A DNA stretch of 64,000 nucleotides from Gaiellaceae bacterium. Lineage in GTDB: Bacteria > Actinomycetota > Thermoleophilia > Gaiellales > Gaiellaceae. A program made the translations under genes and the position numbers. The DNA lies in NCBI GenBank assembly GCA_035279325.1, contig DATEHY010000050.1:11363-75362 (forward strand), in the 5' to 3' direction. Below the pieces are notes generated by a model that saw only the letters and a program-made list of their open reading frames with translations, had not been told where the DNA came from and did no database searches. This document shows positions 43,161 to 51,927 of this stretch, piece by piece. Each line of letters opens with the position of its first letter. Position 1 is the first letter of the stretch.

Positions 43161-43189
43161 GGTGGGGCCGCTACGACAGCGGCCCCACC
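43161..43189. terminator. Bidirectional GC hairpin between convergent genes
   Basis: GGTGGGGCCGCT-acgac-AGCGGCCCCACC forms a perfect 12-bp stem. It overlaps the last codons of hxlR. Confidence 0.5.
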
Positions 43190-43501
43190 GGCGTCTCCGC
43201 ACTCGCGGCGAAGGCGTTGAGCGCCTCGACCACGTAGCGGATCCGCCGCCCGGCCTCCGTCAAGCGGTACTCGACGCGCGGCGGGCGCGTGTCGAAGACC
43301 CGCCGCTCGAGGACGCCTGCCTCCTCGAGCTCGTTCAGGCGCGCGGCGAGCGTGCGCGGCGGGATCCCTTCGAGCGTCTGCTTGAACTCGTTGAAGCGGA
43401 CGGCGCCGGCCTCGGCCGCCGCCCACAGGATCGCGAGCGCCCAGCGCCGCCCGAGGAGGTCTGCCGCGCGGGCGACCTCCTCGGGCAGGGGCCGGCAGGA
43501 C

Positions 43502-43512
<11 letters not shown>
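43171..43512 (-). CDS. HxlR-family winged-helix transcriptional regulator
   Basis: LLGRRWALAILW...RFNEFKQTLEGIPPRTLAARLNELEEAGVLERRV...PPRVEYRLTEAG. Confidence 0.88.
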
Positions 43513-45793
<2,281 letters not shown>

Positions 45794-45829
45794 GGCAGAC
45801 TCACACTCCAAGCTGTAGTAGGTATCCGA

Positions 45830-45835
45830 ATTGTA
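45830..45835 (-). promoter_or_regulatory. Candidate -10 box TACAAT upstream of lon
   Basis: The reverse strand reads agcTACAATtcggatacctactacagcTTGgagtgtgagtctgccTTG. The box sits in the AT-richer gap just after the SnoaL stop. Confidence 0.35.
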
Positions 45836-45836
45836 G

Positions 45837-46262
45837 CTACTCAGCTTCGAGCCCCGCAGCCTCGAGCGCCGCCTCGAGATGCGGGTGCTCCTCGACGCGG
45901 ACCACCCGGCCGTCACGCATGTAGACGACGGCGGCCCAGCGTCCGAGGAGATACGAGCGCCGGCTCTGCAGCGGACGCTCGTCGGATGGGTCGAGCTCGA
46001 TGCGCGAGAACCGCATGCTGACGACCGCGCGGTCGGCGAGCCCGATCGCCCGGTCGACGACGACGTGGTAGTTCTCGGCCGCGCGCTCGGCGACGATCTC
46101 GAGCACGCGGTCGCGGCTGAGCACGATCGTCTCCGTCTCGCCGCTCGGGACCCACTCTACGTCCGGGTCGAGCATCGCCTCCATCGCCTCGAAGTCGCCG
46201 TCGACGAAGGCGTGGTAGCCGCGCAGCAGGAGCTCCGCGCTCTCGTGACTCTCGTGGCTCAT
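45837..46262 (-). CDS. SnoaL/NTF2-like fold protein
   Basis: The 141-aa ORF contains LLLRGYHAFVDGDFEAMEAMLDPDVEWV..., typical of the SnoaL-like/ketosteroid-isomerase-like family. Confidence 0.65.
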   Translation of the reverse strand: MSHESHESAELLLRGYHAFVDGDFEAMEAMLDPDVEWVPSGETETIVLSRDRVLEIVAERAAENYHVVVDRAIGLADRAVVSMRFSRIELDPSDERPLQSRRSYLLGRWAAVVYMRDGRVVRVEEHPHLEAALEAAGLEAE

Positions 46263-46268
46263 GCCCCG

Positions 46269-46286
46269 AGTGTAGGCGGCTACACT
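46269..46286. promoter_or_regulatory. Two divergent TACACT -10 boxes forming the palindrome AGTGTA-ggcggc-TACACT
   Basis: The minus-strand box (46274-46269) is followed by 6 nt and then the SnoaL ATG (leaderless geometry). The plus-strand box (46281-46286) lies 12 nt upstream of tRNA-Ala(GGC). Confidence 0.45.
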
Positions 46287-46298
46287 GACCCGTCCCAG

Positions 46299-46371
46299 GG
46301 GCCCATAGCTCAGCTGGGAGAGCGTCGCGCTGGCAGCGCGAAGGTCGCCGGTTCGAGCCCGGCTGGGTCCA
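46299..46371 (+). tRNA. tRNA-Ala, anticodon GGC
   Basis: GGGCCCATAGCTCAGCTGGGAGAGCGTCGCGCTGGCAGCGCGAAGGTCGCCGGTTCGAGCCCGGCTGGGTCCA. It has the G3:U70 pair and the anticodon loop CTGGCAG. The CCA end is not encoded. Confidence 0.93.
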
Positions 46372-46377
46372 TGCGCG

Positions 46378-46851
46378 GTGGGTGCTGAACCGGAAGAGTG
46401 GCGGACGCCCTCGCGGCAGCTGCTGACGCTGCGTCGGCTGGAGGTCGGGATCCCAGCGCTCCTGCTCGTGCTCGTCGCGGCCGTCGGCGGCGTCGTGGCC
46501 GGATCATCGATCGCATTCGGCTTCGCCGCAGCGTTGCTCGTCGCCGGCGCGGGCGCGTGGTACGTCGTCGCCCGGCGCTACCGCTCGTGGGGGTACGCCG
46601 AGCGAGAGGAAGACCTGCTCGTGCGGCGCGGCGTGATGTTCGCCCGCCTGTCGGTGATCCCGTACGGGCGGATGCAGTTCATCGACGTGACTGCCGGACC
46701 GCTGGAGCGTGCCTTCGGCCTGGCGACGGTGCGCCTGCACACGGCGGCGGCGGCCACAGACGCGCGCATCCCCGGGCTCGCGCGCGACGAGGCGGGCCGC
46801 TTGCGCGACCGCCTGGCCGAGCTCGGCGAGGCCCAGGCTGCGGGCCTGTGA
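46378..46851 (+). CDS. Membrane PH-domain protein (bPH_2, YdbS-like)
   Basis: Two TM segments followed by YAEREEDLLVRRGVMFARLSVIPYGRMQFIDVTAGPLERAFGLATVRLHTA. Confidence 0.7.
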   Translation: MGAEPEEWRTPSRQLLTLRRLEVGIPALLLVLVAAVGGVVAGSSIAFGFAAALLVAGAGAWYVVARRYRSWGYAEREEDLLVRRGVMFARLSVIPYGRMQFIDVTAGPLERAFGLATVRLHTAAAATDARIPGLARDEAGRLRDRLAELGEAQAAGL

Positions 46852-48167
46852 GCGCCGCACCGCCCGAAGGCTGGCAGCGCCTGCATCCGCTGTCGCCCGT
46901 GGTGCGAGGCGGCCGGGCGACGATCGCGGTCGCCTTCCTCCTCTTCCCCATCGCGTTCGGCATCGATTCGCTGAGCAACGCGACGCCGCAGCTCGTGGTC
47001 ACCGGCGTCCTCGTGCTCGCCGGCGTCGTCTCCTGGCTCGTCACGCGCTGGCGGATCGAGGACGACGACCTGCGGATCGAGACCGGGCTGCTGCGGCGCC
47101 AGTCGCTGCGGTTCCCGCTCGCCCAGGTGCAGGCGATCGACGTCGTCCGGCCGGGGCTCGCACGGCTGTTTCGCGTCGCCGAGCTGAGGCTCCGGATGGC
47201 CGGATCGAGCGGCACGAGCGCACGGCTCGCCTACGTCGCCGAGCACGAGGTCGAGCCGCTCCGCGACCAGCTGCTCTCCCTCGCGCGGGGCGCGCGCCGG
47301 GAAGGCGGCTCACCCGACTCCGAATACGAGGCGTCTGCGTCGACCGAGGAGCGCATCCTGGCGATCGTGGCCACCGGTCCGCTCGTCGCCTCGATCGTTC
47401 TCGAGTACTGGTGGCTCATCGTGGGCCTCGCCGGGCTCGGGGCGGGCTTCGCCGTGTCTCCTGGCACGGGGGCGCGGGTCGTGGGCGGCGGCGGCTTCGT
47501 GTGGGCCGTCAGCATGCTCACGTTCCTGTGGCGCCGCTTCAACCAGCAGTACCGGCTGACCGTCGCCGAGGGGCCCGACGGACTGCACGTCCGGGGTGGG
47601 CTCGTCGCCCTGACGGCTGAGGTGATCCGGCCCGGCAGGGTGCAGGCGGTGCGGCTCGTCCAACCGTTCCTCTGGCGGCCGCTCGGCTGGTGCCGGCTGG
47701 AGGTCGACGTCGCCGGGCGGCAGCGCTCGAAGGGAGAGGGCGCAGCGCAGCGCGGTCAGCTGCGGGCGCTGTTGCCGGTCGGGACGCGGGCGCTCGCCTT
47801 CGAGCTCGTCGACCGGCTCGTGCCGGACCGGCCGAGGGAGCTGTCCCCGCCGCCGCGCCGTGCCTTCTGGAAGAGCCCGTTGCGCTTTCGGGCGCTCGGC
47901 TGGGGCCGCACCGACACGTGCGTCGCGGCGACGAGCGGCCGGCTCCGGCGCGTCAGCTCCTGGGTGCCGCTCGAGAAGGTGCAGAGCCTCCGCCATGTCC
48001 AGGGGCCGTTGCAGCGGCGACTGCAGCTCGCGAGCGTCCACCTTGACACCGCCGGCCGAGCCGTCCATGCCACGCTCCGCGATCGCGACTCCGCCGAAGC
48101 CGCCGGCGCGCTCGCCGAGCTCACCGAGCTAGCGCGCGCCGCGCGGCGGAGCGCGGCGACCGCCTAG
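46848..48167 (+). CDS. Membrane protein with three bPH_2 PH domains (YdbT-like)
   Basis: The GTG start forms a GTGA overlap with the upstream stop. Repeated modules L(R/H)(I/V)..GL......(P/V)l..VQ(A/S)(I/V)......(R/L). occur three times. Confidence 0.7.
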   Translation: MSAAPPEGWQRLHPLSPVVRGGRATIAVAFLLFPIAFGIDSLSNATPQLVVTGVLVLAGVVSWLVTRWRIEDDDLRIETGLLRRQSLRFPLAQVQAIDVVRPGLARLFRVAELRLRMAGSSGTSARLAYVAEHEVEPLRDQLLSLARGARREGGSPDSEYEASASTEERILAIVATGPLVASIVLEYWWLIVGLAGLGAGFAVSPGTGARVVGGGGFVWAVSMLTFLWRRFNQQYRLTVAEGPDGLHVRGGLVALTAEVIRPGRVQAVRLVQPFLWRPLGWCRLEVDVAGRQRSKGEGAAQRGQLRALLPVGTRALAFELVDRLVPDRPRELSPPPRRAFWKSPLRFRALGWGRTDTCVAATSGRLRRVSSWVPLEKVQSLRHVQGPLQRRLQLASVHLDTAGRAVHATLRDRDSAEAAGALAELTELARAARRSAATA

Positions 48168-48222
48168 TTACCCCCTGGTAAACCGCATTGGCGGGCACGG
48201 CCGAGGTCCGGGACAATGGAGC

Positions 48223-48966
48223 ATGTTCGAGATCGGCGGGAGCCTGCGCGAGGCTCGCCTGAAGCGAGAGCTCACGCCTGCCGACGTCCAGAAGGCGATC
48301 CGCATCCGCGACCGCTACCTTCAGGCGCTCGAGGAAGAGCGGTGGGAGGTTCTCCCGGGCGACGCCTACGTCAAGGGCTTCCTGCGGACGTATGCCGACT
48401 ACCTCGGCCTCGACGGCAACCTCTACGTGGAGGAGTACAACAGCCGCTTCGCGCATCCGGAGGAGCCGCTGCTCGTTCCGGAGCGATTCGCGCGGACGAG
48501 CACCCCGTTCGCGGGCGTCGGATTCCTGCGGCCGCTCGTCGCCGTGGGGGTCATCGCCGCGATCGTGGCGGGACTCGCAGCCTGGCAGCTGAGCACGTCG
48601 GGGTCGAAGCACGGGACGGCGCCGACCGACTCGACCCCGACGACCCCCGCGCACCATCACACGAAGCCGAAGAAGACGCACAAGAAGCACACATCCATCC
48701 CGCTGCCGACACGGGCCATGGTGGTCGCGTCCCGCGGCAGCTCGTGGCTCTGGGTTCGCTCCGGCAGCGCAACCGGTCCGACCGTCTACGAGGGCACCCT
48801 GCTCCAGGGGAAGACGCTGCCCGTGAACCTCGCGAAGGGGCCCGTCTGGATACGGATCGGCGACCCGACGAGCATCGACGTCCGCCTAGGCGGCAAGCTC
48901 CTGCACGGCCTGCCGACCCAGGTCGGCAACGTGATCCTCGGCCGTCGCGGACTGAGTCCGGCCTAG
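48223..48966 (+). CDS. rodZ: RodZ-like cytoskeleton protein (HTH-TM-DUF4115)
   Basis: The N-terminal HTH region reads LREARLKRELTPADVQKAIRIRDRYLQALEEERWEVLPGDAYVKGFLRTYADYLGLD. A TM segment follows. The C-terminal part has WLWVRSGS...VYEGTLLQGKTL. Confidence 0.7.
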   Translation: MFEIGGSLREARLKRELTPADVQKAIRIRDRYLQALEEERWEVLPGDAYVKGFLRTYADYLGLDGNLYVEEYNSRFAHPEEPLLVPERFARTSTPFAGVGFLRPLVAVGVIAAIVAGLAAWQLSTSGSKHGTAPTDSTPTTPAHHHTKPKKTHKKHTSIPLPTRAMVVASRGSSWLWVRSGSATGPTVYEGTLLQGKTLPVNLAKGPVWIRIGDPTSIDVRLGGKLLHGLPTQVGNVILGRRGLSPA

Positions 48967-49370
48967 ATTGCCGCGGCGTCGACGTCCACCGCGGGCACGT
49001 CGCTCCACAGCTCTTCGAGCCGGTAGTACCGGCGCGCCTCGGGCGTGAAGACGTGCAGGACGACGTCGAGGTAGTCCCCGACGATCCAGGCGCCCTCGCG
49101 GGGACCGTCGACACTCTGCGGCAGCAGGCCCTCGTCCTGCTTCAGCCTCGTGTGCACCTCGTCCCAGATCGCGGCGGTCTGGCGCGGGTTGCGGCCGGTG
49201 GCGATCACGAAGTAGTCCGTGAAGGAGCACTCGGGCCGCATGTCGAGGATGACGACGTCCTCGGCCAGCTTCTCGCGGGCGAGAGCGGCGATGCGGCGGG
49301 CCTGTTCGAGAGGGGTCAGAGTCTGCTCAGTGTCCTCGGATCGCTTGCTCGCAGTGTATCCCCGGCTCAC
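48963..49370 (-). CDS. rsfS: Ribosome silencing factor RsfS
   Basis: EDVVILDMRPECSFTDYFVIATGRNPRQTAAI...DYLDVVLHVFTPEARRYYRLEELW. The GTG start overlaps the nadD stop (GTGA). Confidence 0.9.
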   Translation of the reverse strand: MSRGYTASKRSEDTEQTLTPLEQARRIAALAREKLAEDVVILDMRPECSFTDYFVIATGRNPRQTAAIWDEVHTRLKQDEGLLPQSVDGPREGAWIVGDYLDVVLHVFTPEARRYYRLEELWSDVPAVDVDAAAI

Positions 49371-49921
49371 GGACGATAAAGCCCGCGTTCCTCGACCAGG
49401 CGCGCGACGGCGGGCGGGACGAGACCGTCGAGGCTCTCGCCGGCGGCGGCGCGGGCCCGGACGTCGGTCGAGGCGGCCGGATTCGGTTCGATCTCGAAGA
49501 AGAGAACGCGCTCCGGCCGTGCGAGCCGGTCGAGGACGGCCTCGAGCTCCGCTCGAGGGAATCCCGGTCGTGTGGCGACGGCGATCCGCGTTCGCTCGAG
49601 CACCTCGGCGGGCTCGCTCCAGGAGAGAAAGCCGCCGAACTGGTCGGCGCCGACGACGAACACCGGATCGACGAAGGACTCGGCGCGCAGCAGCTCCACC
49701 GTGCGGGGGTGAGGGTCGAGCCGCACGTCGTCGCCGGGAAACGCTGCGCGGGCGAGCGCGAGGCGATCCTCGGCGGAGGCGTGCACCGGGCGATGCGCGG
49801 GATGCGCGCCGACGAGGACGACAAGCCGCTCGGCGTCGAAGCGCGCCCTCGCAGCGTCGGCGACCGCGACGTGCCCGAGGTGCGGCGGGTCGAACGCCCC
49901 GCCGTACAGGATCACTCCCAC
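49367..49921 (-). CDS. nadD: Nicotinate-nucleotide adenylyltransferase
   Basis: MGVILYGGAFDPPHLGHVAV, plus the genomic context obg-nadD-rsfS. Confidence 0.9.
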   Translation of the reverse strand: MGVILYGGAFDPPHLGHVAVADAARARFDAERLVVLVGAHPAHRPVHASAEDRLALARAAFPGDDVRLDPHPRTVELLRAESFVDPVFVVGADQFGGFLSWSEPAEVLERTRIAVATRPGFPRAELEAVLDRLARPERVLFFEIEPNPAASTDVRARAAAGESLDGLVPPAVARLVEERGLYRP

Positions 49922-51102
49922 TCGAGCAGCTCCTCCCCCACCTCGACCTCGTCCCCTGCCCGCGCGCCGGCGCCGCGCAGGATGGCTTCGAGCTCCTCCT
50001 CCGCGGGCGGTCTGCCCGTGACGCGGAAGCCGCGCTCGGTGCGGTAGACGCGGAACGCCCGCCGCGCCGGCTGCGGCCGGTAGACGAGGAAGTCGACCAG
50101 CTCGTCGGCCGCCTCCGCCTCCTCCGCCTCGGCTTCGGGCGGCACGAGCTCGAACAGCGACCCGCGGAGCTCGTCGAGGCCCGCGCCCGTCGCGGCCGAG
50201 ACGCGAAGCACCCGCAGGATCCGCTCGTCCTCGACGCCGAAGGCGGGCGGCGCGCTCCCGAGGTCGGTCTTGTTCAGGACGACGAGCTGCGGCCGTACGT
50301 CCACGCCCGCTCCGTAGGCGGCGAGCTCGGCGTCGATCGTGCGCCAGCGCTCGTCGGCGTCGTCCTCGGACGAGTCGATGACGTGCACGAGCATGCGCGC
50401 CCGCTCGAGGTGGGCCAGGAACTCGTGCCCGAGCCCAACGCCCTCGCTCGCGCCCTCGATCAGCCCGGGAACGTCCGCAACGACGAGCTGCCGCCCGTCC
50501 GAGGCCTCCACCGTCCCCAGCACCGGAGACAGCGTCGTGAACGGATACTCGGCCACCTTCGGGCGCGCGTTCGAGAGCCGGGTGAGGAGCGAGGACTTGC
50601 CGGCGTTCGGGAGCCCGACGAGCGCGGCATCCGCCAGCAGCTTCAGGCGGAGCTCGAGCTCGCGCTCTTCCCCCGGCATGCCGACCTCGGCGAACCGCGG
50701 CGTCTGCCGGCTGGGCCCGGCGAAGTGCTTGTTGCCGCGCCCGCCCGCACCGCCCTTCGCCACCACGACGCGGGCACCGGGTCGCGCGAGGTCGGCGACG
50801 AGCTCGTCGCCCTCGAAGACCTGCGTACCGACCGGGACCGCAAGCTCCCCGTCCTCGCCGCGCGCGCCATTCGAGAGGCGGCCGCCGCCGACGCCTCCAC
50901 GGCCGGCCCGGAGCTTCTGGTTCGGCCGGAAGCCCGACAGGTCGCGCCGTCGGGGATCGGCGAAGAGCACGACGTCGCCGCCGTCGCCGCCGTCGCCGCC
51001 GTCGGGCCCGCCGCGCGGGACGTACTTCTCACGCCTGAAGTGGATCGAGCCGTCGCCGCCGCGGCCGGCCACGGCCGTCAGGCGCGCCCGGTCGTGGAAC
51101 AC
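49912..51102 (-). CDS. obg: GTPase Obg/CgtA
   Basis: The Gly-rich Obg fold is AGRGGDGSIHFRREKYVPRGGPDGGDGGDGGDV. The G domain carries GLPNAGKSSLL, DVPGLIEGAS and NKTD. Confidence 0.95.
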   Translation of the reverse strand: MFHDRARLTAVAGRGGDGSIHFRREKYVPRGGPDGGDGGDGGDVVLFADPRRRDLSGFRPNQKLRAGRGGVGGGRLSNGARGEDGELAVPVGTQVFEGDELVADLARPGARVVVAKGGAGGRGNKHFAGPSRQTPRFAEVGMPGEERELELRLKLLADAALVGLPNAGKSSLLTRLSNARPKVAEYPFTTLSPVLGTVEASDGRQLVVADVPGLIEGASEGVGLGHEFLAHLERARMLVHVIDSSEDDADERWRTIDAELAAYGAGVDVRPQLVVLNKTDLGSAPPAFGVEDERILRVLRVSAATGAGLDELRGSLFELVPPEAEAEEAEAADELVDFLVYRPQPARRAFRVYRTERGFRVTGRPPAEEELEAILRGAGARAGDEVEVGEELLEWE

Positions 51103-51108
51103 GGCGCT

Positions 51109-51357
51109 CTAGTCGACGACCGAGATGAAGCGGCGGTCGCCGCTCGTGCGGAAGGCGACCTTGCCGTCCTTCGTGGCGAAGATCGTGTCGTCCTTGCCGA
51201 TCCCGGCTCCCGGCCCGGGGCGGAAGCGCGTGCCGCGCTGCCGGACGAGGATCATCCCCGCCGAGACGTCCTGGCCGGCGAAGAGCTTCACGCCGAGCAT
51301 CTTGGGGTTGGAGTCGCGGCCGTTCCGCGACGAGCCGAGTCCCTTCTTGTGTGCCAT
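51109..51357 (-). CDS. rpmA: 50S ribosomal protein L27
   Basis: [29 protein letters not shown]...[13 protein letters not shown]. Confidence 0.97.
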   Translation of the reverse strand: MAHKKGLGSSRNGRDSNPKMLGVKLFAGQDVSAGMILVRQRGTRFRPGPGAGIGKDDTIFATKDGKVAFRTSGDRRFISVVD

Positions 51358-51884
51358 TACTTCTTCTCCTCGAGTGCCGATTCGAGCGCCGCGAGCGCGC
51401 CCTTGCGGGCCTTGCCGGAGCGTTCCTGCGCGAGCGCGCGCTCGATCTCTTCGCGGTTCCAGCCGGCCGCTGCCTCGGTGATCTGCGGGATCGTCATCCC
51501 TGCGACCTCGGGCCCCGCGGCAGTCGTCTCCGTCGGCTTCTCCCCGGACTTGGGCTTCGCCGCGGCCTTGGCGGCGCGCCTGGCGGCCCCGATCGACTCG
51601 ATCTCGATCCGGGTCAGCTTGCTGCGATGCCCGGTGTGCTTCTTGTAGCCCGTGCGGCGCTTGTACTTGCCGATCCGAATCTTCTCGCCGAGCTCGTGGC
51701 CGACGACGCGTGCCGTCACCGTCGCGGACGGCGAGAGGTCCGGCGCGCCGTTGCCGCCGACGAGCAGCACCCTCGGCTCGACGGTCGCGCCCTCGTCCAC
51801 GCGGAGGCGGTCGACGAGCAGCCGCTCGCCCTCCCGGACGCGGTACTGCTTACCGCCGAGACTGATGATCGCGTAGGAGCTCAT
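51357..51884 (-). CDS. rplU: 50S ribosomal protein L21 with a 77-aa C-terminal extension
   Basis: [27 protein letters not shown]...[27 protein letters not shown] is a canonical L21 of 98 aa. It is followed by an Ala/Lys-rich linker and [46 protein letters not shown]. The ATG at 51884 lies in the frame of track ORF 51357..52712. Confidence 0.9.
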   Translation of the reverse strand: MSSYAIISLGGKQYRVREGERLLVDRLRVDEGATVEPRVLLVGGNGAPDLSPSATVTARVVGHELGEKIRIGKYKRRTGYKKHTGHRSKLTRIEIESIGAARRAAKAAAKPKSGEKPTETTAAGPEVAGMTIPQITEAAAGWNREEIERALAQERSGKARKGALAALESALEEKK

Positions 51885-51894
51885 GGCGTGGAAA

Positions 51895-51926
51895 CGCGGG
51901 CCTGGAGCCCGCGAGTCGGCAGTGTA
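51895..51926 (-). promoter_or_regulatory. rplU upstream element: TACACT -10 box (51926-51921), then a hairpin with a short U-run (51913-51891) in the leader
   Basis: The reverse strand reads TAG-c-TACACT-gccgact-CGCGGGC-tccag-GCCCGCG-TTTCC-acgcc-ATG. Confidence 0.4.
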
Positions 51927-51927
51927 G

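Noticed and set aside
49353-49358. TACACT hexamer on the minus strand inside the rsfS 5' region, as a possible internal promoter
   Set aside because: It lies within codons 5-6 of rsfS, whose GTG start is coupled to the nadD stop (GTGA). No start codon lies at leaderless distance downstream.
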